Source: a virus. From it: 64,000 bases of DNA. This document shows, piece after piece, positions 30,201 to 40,931 of the stretch; positions within the stretch are counted from its first letter, which is position 1; the number at the start of each line of letters is the position of its first letter. Position numbers and translations under genes: made by a program. The stretch is from IMG/VR virus record IMGVR_UViG_3300025099_003636, positions 35,620 to 99,619 of that record; one strand, given 5' to 3'. The notes under the pieces were generated by a model that was not told the DNA's origin, did no database searches, and was given only the letters and a program-made list of their open reading frames with translations.

Positions 30201-32028
30201 CCATAGCTGCTGAATTAAGATTATCCTCAAACCAAGGTCTAGCATCAGCATAAGTTACTAAGGTATTAGGCATCCCACAACTATATAAGAAATTTCGTAT
30301 ACTATCCCAACTTCCCGAAGCAAGGACGTTGGTTGTTCTTGTGCCAAAACCACTTACAGGGCTAGTTATATATTTTTCTATTAATTCAAACCCAGCAAGA
30401 AACATTACGTCAGTAGTTTCTGGTATTACAGTTGTTGTTGTATAATTACCAGTACATAAAGAGAATCCCTGACCCTGTCTCGTTGTAGGTATATTATTGT
30501 CTTGTGGGTATATGTTATATAGTGTGGTTGATATACCGGCATTTACTTGAGCGTTATAGTAATCTTGATTTGTATATGTGTTCTGAGCCTGTGCAAGAGC
30601 TAATAGCTGTGTCAGAGACATAGAAGTTGTAAATCCACCAGCATAACCTTCTGTGGCAGCAACTAAGTTAAACCAATCTACTAGTTGTTGGAAATTCCAA
30701 CCAACATAAGTCCCACTTCCAGGTATAACACCAGGTGAACCCCAACCATTTCCACCATTCCACACTAGTGGGCCATAAGTTACATTAGTAGGGTCACCAA
30801 AGTTGTAAATATGTACTATTAAAGGTACTTTTAAACAAAATCCAGGATTATTTGGGTCTGGACACTGATTTGTAAGATTTGGTGAACACTGAGTACTAAC
30901 GTGATGTGTGTTAAAATTGACTGTTGGTCCATATAAATTATTTACTGCGTCTGGTACGGACCCATAAGTTAATATATCTGCATTTGGTAAGTATGTTGGA
31001 GAAGTTACTAAACAAGAACAGGTAAATACTGTTGTAGTGCTTTCCCCACTACATTTACAACCGGTACCTCTTAATTCTTCTTGGTATACTGGTGATGTAT
31101 TTGTTTGAAATGGGTGTGGGTGAACTGATGTTAATGATGAATGTCCGGTAACAGGTACAACTATTATACCGTCTGTAAAGTCGTTAACTGATTGATTTGA
31201 CATTTTATCATAATACGGGTGAGCTTGAGATATATATTGTGAAAATGTATGTACATCAACATAATTAGTTGTTAATGCTAAGGTTTGACTTTGATTCCAC
31301 CCTTGTGGGTCGTCCCATAAATCAATAGGTGAAACAATTAAATTTCCGTTACTTACAGGTTCATTTAAACCCCTAAAACCACAATAAGGTAATTGTACAT
31401 CATCTGGAAGTATTGGAATTACGTTATTGTCAGGGTATACCCAACCTCCCGAACCAATACTGGAAGGTATAAATACTTCTGTATTTCTACCAGCCCATAA
31501 TAAACTGTGTGGACCACAACACTCTTCCCAAGCACTAGGATTTCCTGTATTTGGCGTTACCACATTTCCAAGTAAACAATTACTACAGTTATTTGTTGTG
31601 CCCGCTGTAAAGTCATTAGCATTCGCTGCTGGTGTTTGCCAAAATGTGACAGCTATTCCATTAGGTGGTGGAGTATATGGGGCTGTAGTGTAAACACAAC
31701 TACCACCACAAGGACTAGTTGGTGGGCAAACAGTACAAGTACCATTGTTGTACATTGTTTCATCTATAATCTCTAATACCTTATAGCATGCTACTTGACC
31801 TTGACCAGCATTAGAAAAAGTATCAGTATATGTAAACCAGTCTCCTACATTTGGGTATATCCCGTGAAGGGGTTGACCTACATCCCAACTTTCATTAGAG
31901 AAGTAACAACATGACCGTAAGTTAGGTGTATCTGGCACACAATTACCATTATTATCTATGTATTTACTGAAGACATAGGTTCTAAAACCTAGTCCGGGTA
32001 CATCAACTTTTATACTATTCCAAGACAT
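27247..32028 (-). CDS. Giant Cys-rich repeat protein (putative virion fibre/adhesin)
   Basis: 1593 aa; C..GC..G.G.Y....C...C modules, GCTDATATNYDPTA module, propeller-like segment. Confidence 0.6.
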   Translation of the reverse strand: MSWNSIKVDVPGLGFRTYVFSKYIDNNGNCVPDTPNLRSCCYFSNESWDVGQPLHGIYPNVGDWFTYTDTFSNAGQGQVACYKVLEIIDETMYNNGTCTVCPPTSPCGGSCVYTTAPYTPPPNGIAVTFWQTPAANANDFTAGTTNNCSNCLLGNVVTPNTGNPSAWEECCGPHSLLWAGRNTEVFIPSSIGSGGWVYPDNNVIPILPDDVQLPYCGFRGLNEPVSNGNLIVSPIDLWDDPQGWNQSQTLALTTNYVDVHTFSQYISQAHPYYDKMSNQSVNDFTDGIIVVPVTGHSSLTSVHPHPFQTNTSPVYQEELRGTGCKCSGESTTTVFTCSCLVTSPTYLPNADILTYGSVPDAVNNLYGPTVNFNTHHVSTQCSPNLTNQCPDPNNPGFCLKVPLIVHIYNFGDPTNVTYGPLVWNGGNGWGSPGVIPGSGTYVGWNFQQLVDWFNLVAATEGYAGGFTTSMSLTQLLALAQAQNTYTNQDYYNAQVNAGISTTLYNIYPQDNNIPTTRQGQGFSLCTGNYTTTTVIPETTDVMFLAGFELIEKYITSPVSGFGTRTTNVLASGSWDSIRNFLYSCGMPNTLVTYADARPWFEDNLNSAAMGLQTVVNPLAYPDNAPNRVNIFNDVYLINKSLITRCPTGLAIGCTDATATNYDPTATVNCDGTTLGTTNAGWNSCCNYVGQGCGLPVCWDCNPSTYTCFTDPLGPYTTYTQCATACTDCDCIKVIGTGHTGTYHAGDLSQCENDCCDGPSVGICDVLIVGDDEGILHYNVQTDVATHLFSDNSYDTNDIAATHNKIWIYTVTGGGTQIREYDMVMSPFSVSYNRTINVPAYGIGKGLTYYATDKLLCANTKVQTIDISTNTGILTTLFTLPSGTHCTGDLLYTGSLGSSNNMFIILYGTTNTKKVGKFTATGTLIQDAVIPSSILTGTTFFDSLFIDADTNIVYGITNDARVYELLQTPVLQFAPTPVHNTPIQFTNNVTKKVYGADNIQWPAAMASEMSCASGITVPVTYNCQINPQLSIAGCIDPGNGTGTYTGVTALADCQNQSPTANPPGCVITWNCDVGSQADNCDAVVHYLPWPGVFDKLTALNHISNSSNNLQYTTLDQISFEGTSPQPGQCYVSTNGGSHPQWRISYFKCEVVSPQPMYVWAYFIGQCINVAGINTISMSDTLGTVMQKINIHFNLPNTPLSNPVIKIYQEPCICDHSLCHCYPVLGSSGQYPTEAACDPICCPPGPCKKCCVNKQGHQIQMSPTANPCKCPLGWAEIICNPHGPCQPNVSCIPGYHWSYTACRCVCDTQPCPWGWHWDEVNCNCSPNHMVAHIASEDFIDKKGEDLTLARGDFDVEASAITTTKTLFEKSEEIVKEVTKPRGVGESVDKSIRYKLSDSGCVQCETGQSEDFYTANDCIYTSSNCNVDSKITYYACASSVNPVDGSTQQACIPQDTKPSSGVFYDSLEGCLNSGCAGFMWCEPGQQVNGVVFEGEGREYSPIPMCCSSVITTKQKGEWSYEYTTSGPLTVEVCKQDCSADEIWYPLYNITGTNVYKDSPLAYLTRELLLQVNVGQCTTERTNTSFTRLGYTKKNPY

Positions 32029-32063
32029 TATCTATATATTTGTTTTATTTTTATTTTTATTAA

Positions 32064-35000
32064 TTAACATACGCAACCTTCTCCATATAATCTAAATTCA
32101 CCATTTAATTGTGCAAATCCTACTGTTGCTTGTCCTATCGCAAAATTAAGTTCGTATGGTTGTGTGTTTAACATATTTTCTAAACAACCAGTAAGATTTT
32201 GTAAACTAGGTGATGGATTTGCTGTCCCTCCACCAAGTTGTACACAAACTTCAGGATAGTCAGTAAGTATTTGACCTACAAGTGATGCGTAAGTAGTGTG
32301 TGGTGAAACTATTATTGCCCCAGTTGTTCTATGTACAACACCTATTCCAGTAGGTTTCCACCATTTACCGTTTGGTGATGAACAATAAGTAGATATAATA
32401 TTTCCAGTTAATAATGATTCTGGACTTAAAGTTGTTGTATCCATTTTATAATTTTGTAAATCTTGTTCCTGCATATTGTATCTACCAGTAACCGAATTTA
32501 AATAAACATCGTATGGTGAATATTGATTTTCAGGATTACCAAAAAAGTCTATAATTACATTACCTGGTTGTTGTTTTTGTGCCCATTGCCACATATTAGC
32601 TGGTGGTACACCAGTATTCGCTATATTCACATTAGTACGTGGTTGAAGGTTTAGATATCCACCCGCTCCGTACAGGTATTGTAAATTACCATAAAACTCT
32701 AAAGGTATTTGATTGGCACAATTAGTAGAACTAATTTGATTACACGCCCATTCATAACAAACATCTTCACAATCCTGTAGAGCAGTAGTACCAACAAATG
32801 TACCATAACCACCTCCTGGGTCAACACACCCATTTATTGTACAATCATAACTTTCTTCATCTACATCACAACAAGGTGGTATACAAGATGCGTATGTTGG
32901 GTATTGCCCTCCTGGTCCAGCAACTTCTATACAAGTACAATCAACTACAGTACACTCACACTGGTTACTTACTGAACCAATACCTGGCCATGGATGTGTT
33001 GGTGTGTCCCACGTAATACCCTGGTTAGGGTCAGTATCCAACATCATATTCTGTACGTCAGTTAAAGTCATACCAATAAAGAATGGTGTTAGTGTAGGTT
33101 GTGACCCATTTCCTGAAGTTTGGTACGCATCATTTAAGTAGTTTATCACATCATTCCAATTATTAGCGATTGGTGGTTGAGCTTGTAGTGGGTCGTATAT
33201 ACCAAACGGATTACCTAAATTAGGGGCTTCCAAATGTCTATAAAAATAACCGGTTTGTGGGTCTATGCAAGAGTTCGCTCCCACACCAAAGTTAGTATTC
33301 ATTAACCAATATAAATCTACAAAATCTACAAATGGGAAGTTTGTAAGAGAGTAGTTAAGTGCTGTCAGTGAGTCCATTGGTACACCAGGATTCATTTGAA
33401 TTGTTCCAGCTCCACAATTAGGAGAATCTACACCAATAACTTCTTCCACTCCAGGAATACAATTCCATGAGGTCTCTCCGGTACAATTTATTATACAGTC
33501 ATTCCATGTAGGTTCTATACCGTATGGCACATATAAACAAGTACCTATTGTTTGTGGGAAGACTGGTGGTGTACATTCCCACCCCATTGGTGGTGGTGGA
33601 CAACATAGTGGTTGACACGCTTGTTGTGTTTGGTATGTTCCTCCACCAGAAAATAACTCGTAACAATAACATGGTTCCGAACTACAACAATTGTGAGTTT
33701 CAATAACACAACCAAGACCTGTACCCCCTATTTGAGTATCTATTTTATCACAAACAAGTAATACACTGTCGGATGGATTAAATGACACCCCTGCTGTTGT
33801 CGCTGCCCCAGAAAAGGTTTGCCACGTATTATAGGTTTGACCACCATTTACATTAGGGTGTGATATATTTGAGATGTATTGGTATGGCCAGTAGTCTTGT
33901 GTTCCTGGTGTATTCCAATAACAGTCGGTCCAATTTATTGCTGCCCCTATATTGGCTTGTACTTGTGCCCAAGTTAGTGGGTTAATACCTGGTAAAGTAG
34001 GTGTTGCGATAACAACTTTTGATAAACCGAATTGTGTGTTAGCTGAATTAACTCTCCAGTGTTCTAAAGCGTTAAAGTTGTCATTATACATACCTAAGAA
34101 ATTTCTATCTGTACATATAGGTGTATAAGGGGTACTGTTTTGACAATTCCATGACGTACCGGAATTACAACAAATTAATTGACATTCAGTTTGTGATGTA
34201 TATGTACCACTACCATCTAATAATTCAATACAATTACAAGGTGTGTTAGTACAAATACATTCTGTTTTACCGTATTCAATGTATGAAGAACAAAAAGCCG
34301 AATAAGATTGTATTTGTGCTTCTATAGCTGCTGCTGGCATACCAGCTATCAAACCTAATACAGGACCATCTGGTGCTGGATAAGTTTGTAGGGCTGTAAT
34401 AAAACTTGCCCAACTTGTATAGTTATTTCCTTGTATAGCTGAATTATTTAATGTTATTCCTGTTAATTTCCATAATTGACCACCGTTAGGTCCCTCACAA
34501 CCATCTGTACCAAATGGTGGTGCAGTAGACTCATACTGGTAATTACTAAATGTGTCCGTAGGATTATTAATAGCCATATAGTCATAAGCTATAGCTGTTG
34601 TTGGGTATATTGATGGTATTAATGTTAGTCCGTCACAAGTGTTTGCTTGTGTAGTTGTTTGACAACTCCACGTGGTAGCTGTTGCTCCAGTACAACAAAC
34701 TTCTGTTGCTGCTGTAGAAGATGTGTAAGCCCCGTGTGTTTGTGCTGGAAGAGGTAACTCATCTATACAACCAATTAAACATTCTTGTGAATCACATGTA
34801 CACCATTCCCAATTAACATAAGCGTGTGGTCCTGCATTACTTAATACATCTTGCCAACTACTATTATACGTTAATGGTGGTGATACACTACCTACTTGAT
34901 TTAAAGCATCAATAAATGTTGCCCAAGTGTAGTATTGACTATTTAAACCTAGGATTGAGTGGGATACTGATGTGATTCTAGCCCAATGTCCTGCTGTAGC

Positions 35001-38000
35001 CACACATGGATTATTAGGTAATGGTTGGGTTGCCGATATAGTAGGACTAGGATTAAAGTAATTTCCTGTCATATCCCACCTTAAATTACCAAATTGTGTT
35101 GTATGCCAACTAGGGTTATTTGCGATAGCTGTCAATTGACCGTCAGTATCGGAACTGATTATTCCTGTTGATATTGCGTTTAGACAATTAGCGTTAAATG
35201 TCATTCCATCACCAGTGAAACAATACCAATGTTCTTCACAAGAAGCTGTACAAGCTATTTCAGTTAAGTGTGTTGCTCCAGTATTAGGATATTCTGTACA
35301 ACCAGTAACTGGATTAAGTGGTGGTAGTGCTGGTGTAACTATAGGTGTTGGGAAAGTTACTGTACCACAAGGGTTAGCACATTCCCAAGATTTACAATCT
35401 GCTGTACAAGCTGAATAAGAAGCGTCTGTACCTACAGTTTGGGATAGGGTATTATAATATGTTCCTCCCGTACCTATTTGTGCTATACAACCATTCCAAG
35501 TAGATAACGTACCATACGATTGGTTATATTCTTCACAATTCCATGATGTACATAATCTGTAACAATCACTACTATCTGTAAAAGTACCTCCGGTACCACC
35601 TAATGGATTAGGGTAATATGAACCTGATGGTGCTGATGTTAAACCGTTATGAGCAAACATTTGTGGGTTAGGGAAGTTATAGTCATGACATCCAGAATCA
35701 GTAGAACAACTATATGATAAACAAGGTGTCTCAAAGTTAGGGTTGTTACATTGGTCCCATGTCATAGTACCTACAGCTGATAAAGTACAACCAGTATCTG
35801 TACACGCGTATAGTTGTTGTGGTGGTACACAATTACAACTACAACAATCTAGAATTAAATTAGTACAAGTTTCACAAGAATATGGATGTGTTATTGATTG
35901 ATTCCATAATGTTTCAGCTGAAACACAGCCTACTGTAAGACTAGAGCTTGTTTGTGTTAAGAATGTACCTAAATCTGATTGAAACTGAACTGAGTTAAAT
36001 GGTAAAAAGTCTACATTATACCCCCACCCTTTAGCTGCTAAATGTCCAGTACCTGCAGAGTAGTATGGGTTTGTAACACTTAACATGTGTAGGTCAGCTA
36101 TACCACATAATGCTGGTACTCCTCCTTGAAGCCCTCCTGAACCTGCTGTTCTAGGGTATGTAGTTGCTGAAAATGTCCCATTAGGTATTGGTTGGTCACC
36201 AGGTGTTATTGACGCGACAACTTGTAAAGCAAAAGTTTTTTTAGAATCTTGTTGTCCTTGATTAAAGATGTTTGAACATTCTATTGGGTATACAAAACCT
36301 TGTGTACTTCCACCAGACACTGTTACTGCAGCGTACGTACTTGTCCAAGCTGTATAATCTTCTGTCCATCCAGATGTTGGTTGGTAGTGTGAAACATTAC
36401 TTCCACCAGAAAATGGTGGCATATTACCTATAATACCACTACCACCATGATATCTACCAGCACCATTATCTATATATGCTACACCATCCGCTTCATCAAT
36501 AAAATTAATTATTAAAGTTTTTCCAGTTACTGATGTTGTTGGTGGTAAACCTTTAGTTGTTACATTACCTATACCAAATATACTTTGTGTTCCCGCTACC
36601 ATATTGTCGTACCAATTACTAGCTTGTGCAGTTGTTGCTGCCCATTGTATAACTTGTAAGTTTTGTAAATTATTTAATAAATTAGGTGTTTGTAAACCAT
36701 TCTTAACTGAACCACTATAAACTGAACTACCCCAGTCCAACCAACGTTCATCATCAATAGCAATGTGGTATGTGTTTCCTGTATGTCCTGGTATTGTGTT
36801 TATCCAGGCTACCAAAGAATTGTGTGCGTTTTGAACACAGTTAAGGGTTAAAGAAGAGGTGTCATAAAAAGCGTATATGTTAGTATCTGTACTTACATTA
36901 TTTTGGTCACACCCCCAACCGAAACAAACATCTTTACATAATTGTTCAGTTAGGTAATTATTAACACCAACTACGAAATTACCGGCTTGTTCTACACAAC
37001 CACCTACTTGACATTGGAACCATTTACAGGTCGTGTCTGCCGTACATGCAGCTTCAGTACTAAATGTGTGTGCAGTATTAGGATAAGAGGTACATGGTAT
37101 TGATGGACCACAATCCCAAGAAACACAGGTGGCTGTACATGCACTCTCCGCTGAAAAGGTTTGTCCACTACCAATATGTTCAATACAAGCATTTTGTGTA
37201 AACATAACGTTTTGTGGTGTATAACTACACTGCCATGATGTACAACCTGTTTGACAATCTATAAGGTCTGTAAAAGTACCTCCGGTACCACCTAATGGTG
37301 AGTTATAAGAATCACAACCAAGTGTAGTACAACTCCATGACTGACATGATGCTGTACAAGCTGAATAAGTTTCATAAGTACCACCAGTACTGTTTAATAT
37401 ACATCCTGTAGAAGTACATTCATACATAGGACTACAAACATCTAAACAGTCGGTTTGAGATGAATATGGGAAACTAGTAGATGTAGAAGTTGCTGCTGAT
37501 GTACAACCAGTTGCAACTGTAACTGTCCCTCCTTGAACAAAAGAATTTAAGTCGGTTTGGAATTGTGTAAAAGTATATGTTGGGAATTCTACATTGGTAC
37601 CGAACCCCATTTGGTCTAATCCACCATATCCTGCATCCCAATAAGGATTATTAGTTTCTAATTCTGTTAAGTTTGCGATAGAACATAATCCAGGAACACT
37701 TCCACTTGCTCCACCCGCAGATGACATTCTTGGTGCCGTACCAGCTGACCATAAACCATTTAATGCGTATGGTAGTCCACTACCAGGATTAATGTATTGG
37801 TCCATATTACCACTACTGATGGACGCTAATACTGATAAAGCCATATGTTTGAATACCATTTTTGTACCACTACCCCAGTAGGAATAATTTACTGGTTTGG
37901 TTGGGTACACAAAAGTAGCTACACTACCATTATTAGTTTGTACATCATTCCATATTGTTAACCATCTATTGTAGTCGTTTTGGAATGGTGCTGTTGGTTC

Positions 38001-40931
38001 CATTTGATTTGCAGCAACCGCCGCAAAAGAAGGTGTATCACTGGCTATTCTATCAACATCATAGTATATTCCTGTATTACCTAATTCGTTATATGCCCAA
38101 GCTGGTCCGGAAGGCCAACCATCAGATTCATCAGCAAAAATTACGTTTAATACTGGAACACTATAATCTGGTGATGTAAAACTACCACCCGCGTAAGGTG
38201 GGAACCCTCTAAATGAATATAATCCGGTATTTATACCATTACCAGCAGTACTTACGTTAAATCCAGTAGGGAATGATGATGGGTCCATATTATCAAACCA
38301 ATATGCACCATTAGGTTGTGATTGACCCCAAGCTATAACTTTCAACCATCTAGGAAATGATGAACCACCTAGATTAGCGTTCCAACCACCAGATACCCCA
38401 TTAGGAGAATAAATAGGTATACCTGCTTGAGTTCTTAAACCATATGATGTTGGTTGTTGGAATGGAATCCCTGCCCAACCTAACCATCTTTCATTATTAA
38501 TTGGTGTATGGTAAATTTTACCTGTCCACCCAGGTATTGTGGTGGTCCATTGCATTATGGCATCATGAGCTGTTGTTGTATTAGTAAAGCTCATAGATGT
38601 TGTATCGTAATATACGTATATGTCTGTATTTTGTGCTACACTTTGTTCATTACAAACCCAGGAAATACATGGGGTACTAGCTGTTGCAGCTGTACATGCT
38701 GTTAATGCTGCAGCTTGGGTTGCACCTGTAAATGTACCACCAGTACCGTAGTAAGGTATGTTGAATGGTTCACAAGTAGGGTCATCCCCCACACAAGATA
38801 TTTCATAAGAAAAACAAGATGCTGTACATAAGGCTTGTGTTTCATATGTTCCGCCCGAACCTATTTGTGGTAAACAACCATTGGCTGTACAATTCCAAGT
38901 TTCACAAGGAGATTCTTGACATTGGGTTAGTGAAGTATAAGTAAAGTTTGTTGAGGTTCCTGTTATACACCCGTTTTCACCACAAAGCCAGTATGGTGGT
39001 ATACAAAGTTCGTCACAATCATCCGCTACCGTAAAAGTGCCTGTCTGTCCAGTACCTGCTAATTCTAAACAACCAAAAGTAACACTATTACAAGAGTAAG
39101 ATACACAACTTGCCGTACATGACTCAAGAGTACTAAATTGTCCTGCTGGTACGGTGGTAGATGAATATACTGATTCACAACCATTAATGGTACAATTATA
39201 TGTATAAGAACTTGGATATACACAATCAACGGGTTGTGAAGCACCATTAAACGATAACAGTTGACCCCCAGTACATTCCATGGATGGTGAAGTATTGAAA
39301 TTTGCAGCACCATCTAGATGAAACTTGTCCTGTAACTGAACACCTGCAGCCGTCCAGAAATAATATTGTACATCAATACCAAAACTAGTATCAACATTAA
39401 TTGGTGTGTTTTCTACACCAAAGAAATCAAACTCTGGATGTGTAACTGCAGCTGAATATCTTTTTGGCATTTCAGGCGTCTGTCCATTGTCGGCTGCACC
39501 TGCCAGTAAGTAGTATAGTGTTGACGATGGTTCTTTAACTATAGCCGCAGACAGAATACCAGATGATGTTCCTACTGGAATTGCACCTGGTGTAGTCTGA
39601 CTTCCCAATTGTTGTAGTCCTGCTGGTAATTGTTGTGCACAAGGTACGGAATTAACAATAAAATTATCTAAATCTACTACATATTTTACAAGTGATTTTC
39701 CTTGAGGCATTCTGTCGTCCCATAACTGAGGTTGGTCTGTGTAATAATTTATGACTGATACTGCTACGGTTGGTTGACCTCCTTGTGATGGGTCAGAAGC
39801 TATAAATGTTAAATCACCCTGTGATTTAACAGTTTGGAATTGGTCCGATATTCCGGTACTTGACGCTCCTTGTAGTAATGGGTAATTTAAATCAATAATT
39901 TTTTGGGCTACAACAGTATAAATTTTGTAGTCTGTTTCACGAGAACAAATCGCCCAACCCAACTCTAAATCTATACCCTGATTGGCTACATAGGCGTCTC
40001 TTGCCGATTGTTCAAGTTGGGCATTAGTTACATCAGTATATGTCCCCGAAGTATTATTATGTGGTGTAGCTCCGTAAGGATTAGCTGGGTTTTCTGAAGA
40101 AAAAATAGTTGGTCCTATGTAATTGTTATCTAATCTTACATAGTAGATATTACCCATTTTGTCATCCACTAAAACTTCGTTATCACTAATATAACCTATA
40201 GAGTGATATATACCCATCTCACCCTCCATAAAATTGGTCCCTAACATAGATTTTCCTAGAGGTACATCTACTTTTTGAGCACTTGCATCATTGGAGAGAC
40301 CAATTAATTGTCCATATTCATCAACTAATCTGTATGTTCTGAATGGTTTTTTTTGGAATGAGGATGGGGTCTCGGAAGTGTATGAATAACTATATTGGTT
40401 TAGTGTTAGTGTTTGATAACCACAATTCGCTCCATTACCAGCAAAATCCATACACACACTACAGGAGTCTCCATTACCAGAATTATATTGCGGTCCTCCA
40501 GGGTTAGGAGCACCTGCACCAAGATGAACCTGGTTTCTACCTTTAATACCAACTGTACATCCAACCGTAAATGTACTATTACCCATACCAATATCAGGAC
40601 TCCTATGAGGTATTGTATCAGCAAAGTACACATTATTATCTGTTACATCATAAGTCCATAACCTACTTAAAGGAGCACCAGACGTTGCAGTGTAACCTAG
40701 AGTTTCGTTACAAGGTAAAGCTGGTGTTCCATTACCACAGACATTTATGCCATCCCAAGTAAAAAGATTTAAGTGCTTAAGGTTGTCAATATATCTTGTT
40801 AGGGTAGCATCAGTATACCTAGGTTCTGTGTTATTAAATCCGAGAGGACCGAAATTTGAGTAGTTATTACCTCCAGGGCCGGTAGATGTTCCACCATTAT
40901 CATTTACTAGAACCCAACATTTATTTGACAT
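32064..40931 (-). CDS. Giant Cys-rich repeat protein with two vWA-like domains (putative virion fibre/adhesin)
   Basis: 2955 aa; many (W/Y)xC...GC...GGT(F/Y)...C...C repeats; duplicated IY.(Y/F)YDT(T/S)S...ERWL.W...F.DE.D domain; TATTTAT at 40976-40982. Confidence 0.65.
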   Translation of the reverse strand: MSNKCWVLVNDNGGTSTGPGGNNYSNFGPLGFNNTEPRYTDATLTRYIDNLKHLNLFTWDGINVCGNGTPALPCNETLGYTATSGAPLSRLWTYDVTDNNVYFADTIPHRSPDIGMGNSTFTVGCTVGIKGRNQVHLGAGAPNPGGPQYNSGNGDSCSVCMDFAGNGANCGYQTLTLNQYSYSYTSETPSSFQKKPFRTYRLVDEYGQLIGLSNDASAQKVDVPLGKSMLGTNFMEGEMGIYHSIGYISDNEVLVDDKMGNIYYVRLDNNYIGPTIFSSENPANPYGATPHNNTSGTYTDVTNAQLEQSARDAYVANQGIDLELGWAICSRETDYKIYTVVAQKIIDLNYPLLQGASSTGISDQFQTVKSQGDLTFIASDPSQGGQPTVAVSVINYYTDQPQLWDDRMPQGKSLVKYVVDLDNFIVNSVPCAQQLPAGLQQLGSQTTPGAIPVGTSSGILSAAIVKEPSSTLYYLLAGAADNGQTPEMPKRYSAAVTHPEFDFFGVENTPINVDTSFGIDVQYYFWTAAGVQLQDKFHLDGAANFNTSPSMECTGGQLLSFNGASQPVDCVYPSSYTYNCTINGCESVYSSTTVPAGQFSTLESCTASCVSYSCNSVTFGCLELAGTGQTGTFTVADDCDELCIPPYWLCGENGCITGTSTNFTYTSLTQCQESPCETWNCTANGCLPQIGSGGTYETQALCTASCFSYEISCVGDDPTCEPFNIPYYGTGGTFTGATQAAALTACTAATASTPCISWVCNEQSVAQNTDIYVYYDTTSMSFTNTTTAHDAIMQWTTTIPGWTGKIYHTPINNERWLGWAGIPFQQPTSYGLRTQAGIPIYSPNGVSGGWNANLGGSSFPRWLKVIAWGQSQPNGAYWFDNMDPSSFPTGFNVSTAGNGINTGLYSFRGFPPYAGGSFTSPDYSVPVLNVIFADESDGWPSGPAWAYNELGNTGIYYDVDRIASDTPSFAAVAANQMEPTAPFQNDYNRWLTIWNDVQTNNGSVATFVYPTKPVNYSYWGSGTKMVFKHMALSVLASISSGNMDQYINPGSGLPYALNGLWSAGTAPRMSSAGGASGSVPGLCSIANLTELETNNPYWDAGYGGLDQMGFGTNVEFPTYTFTQFQTDLNSFVQGGTVTVATGCTSAATSTSTSFPYSSQTDCLDVCSPMYECTSTGCILNSTGGTYETYSACTASCQSWSCTTLGCDSYNSPLGGTGGTFTDLIDCQTGCTSWQCSYTPQNVMFTQNACIEHIGSGQTFSAESACTATCVSWDCGPSIPCTSYPNTAHTFSTEAACTADTTCKWFQCQVGGCVEQAGNFVVGVNNYLTEQLCKDVCFGWGCDQNNVSTDTNIYAFYDTSSLTLNCVQNAHNSLVAWINTIPGHTGNTYHIAIDDERWLDWGSSVYSGSVKNGLQTPNLLNNLQNLQVIQWAATTAQASNWYDNMVAGTQSIFGIGNVTTKGLPPTTSVTGKTLIINFIDEADGVAYIDNGAGRYHGGSGIIGNMPPFSGGSNVSHYQPTSGWTEDYTAWTSTYAAVTVSGGSTQGFVYPIECSNIFNQGQQDSKKTFALQVVASITPGDQPIPNGTFSATTYPRTAGSGGLQGGVPALCGIADLHMLSVTNPYYSAGTGHLAAKGWGYNVDFLPFNSVQFQSDLGTFLTQTSSSLTVGCVSAETLWNQSITHPYSCETCTNLILDCCSCNCVPPQQLYACTDTGCTLSAVGTMTWDQCNNPNFETPCLSYSCSTDSGCHDYNFPNPQMFAHNGLTSAPSGSYYPNPLGGTGGTFTDSSDCYRLCTSWNCEEYNQSYGTLSTWNGCIAQIGTGGTYYNTLSQTVGTDASYSACTADCKSWECANPCGTVTFPTPIVTPALPPLNPVTGCTEYPNTGATHLTEIACTASCEEHWYCFTGDGMTFNANCLNAISTGIISSDTDGQLTAIANNPSWHTTQFGNLRWDMTGNYFNPSPTISATQPLPNNPCVATAGHWARITSVSHSILGLNSQYYTWATFIDALNQVGSVSPPLTYNSSWQDVLSNAGPHAYVNWEWCTCDSQECLIGCIDELPLPAQTHGAYTSSTAATEVCCTGATATTWSCQTTTQANTCDGLTLIPSIYPTTAIAYDYMAINNPTDTFSNYQYESTAPPFGTDGCEGPNGGQLWKLTGITLNNSAIQGNNYTSWASFITALQTYPAPDGPVLGLIAGMPAAAIEAQIQSYSAFCSSYIEYGKTECICTNTPCNCIELLDGSGTYTSQTECQLICCNSGTSWNCQNSTPYTPICTDRNFLGMYNDNFNALEHWRVNSANTQFGLSKVVIATPTLPGINPLTWAQVQANIGAAINWTDCYWNTPGTQDYWPYQYISNISHPNVNGGQTYNTWQTFSGAATTAGVSFNPSDSVLLVCDKIDTQIGGTGLGCVIETHNCCSSEPCYCYELFSGGGTYQTQQACQPLCCPPPPMGWECTPPVFPQTIGTCLYVPYGIEPTWNDCIINCTGETSWNCIPGVEEVIGVDSPNCGAGTIQMNPGVPMDSLTALNYSLTNFPFVDFVDLYWLMNTNFGVGANSCIDPQTGYFYRHLEAPNLGNPFGIYDPLQAQPPIANNWNDVINYLNDAYQTSGNGSQPTLTPFFIGMTLTDVQNMMLDTDPNQGITWDTPTHPWPGIGSVSNQCECTVVDCTCIEVAGPGGQYPTYASCIPPCCDVDEESYDCTINGCVDPGGGYGTFVGTTALQDCEDVCYEWACNQISSTNCANQIPLEFYGNLQYLYGAGGYLNLQPRTNVNIANTGVPPANMWQWAQKQQPGNVIIDFFGNPENQYSPYDVYLNSVTGRYNMQEQDLQNYKMDTTTLSPESLLTGNIISTYCSSPNGKWWKPTGIGVVHRTTGAIIVSPHTTYASLVGQILTDYPEVCVQLGGGTANPSPSLQNLTGCLENMLNTQPYELNFAIGQATVGFAQLNGEFRLYGEGCVC
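35575..37298. repeat. 32-nt exact direct repeat (35575-35606 and 37267-37298) inside giant gene
   Basis: tctgtaaaagtacctccggtaccacctaatgg twice; also tgctgtacaagctgaataag at 35400 and 37350. Confidence 0.85.

Noticed and set aside
32064-40931. Diversity-generating retroelement TR/VR pair among the internal repeats
   Set aside because: Repeats are short and exact, lack adenine-specific mismatches, and no reverse transcriptase is in the window
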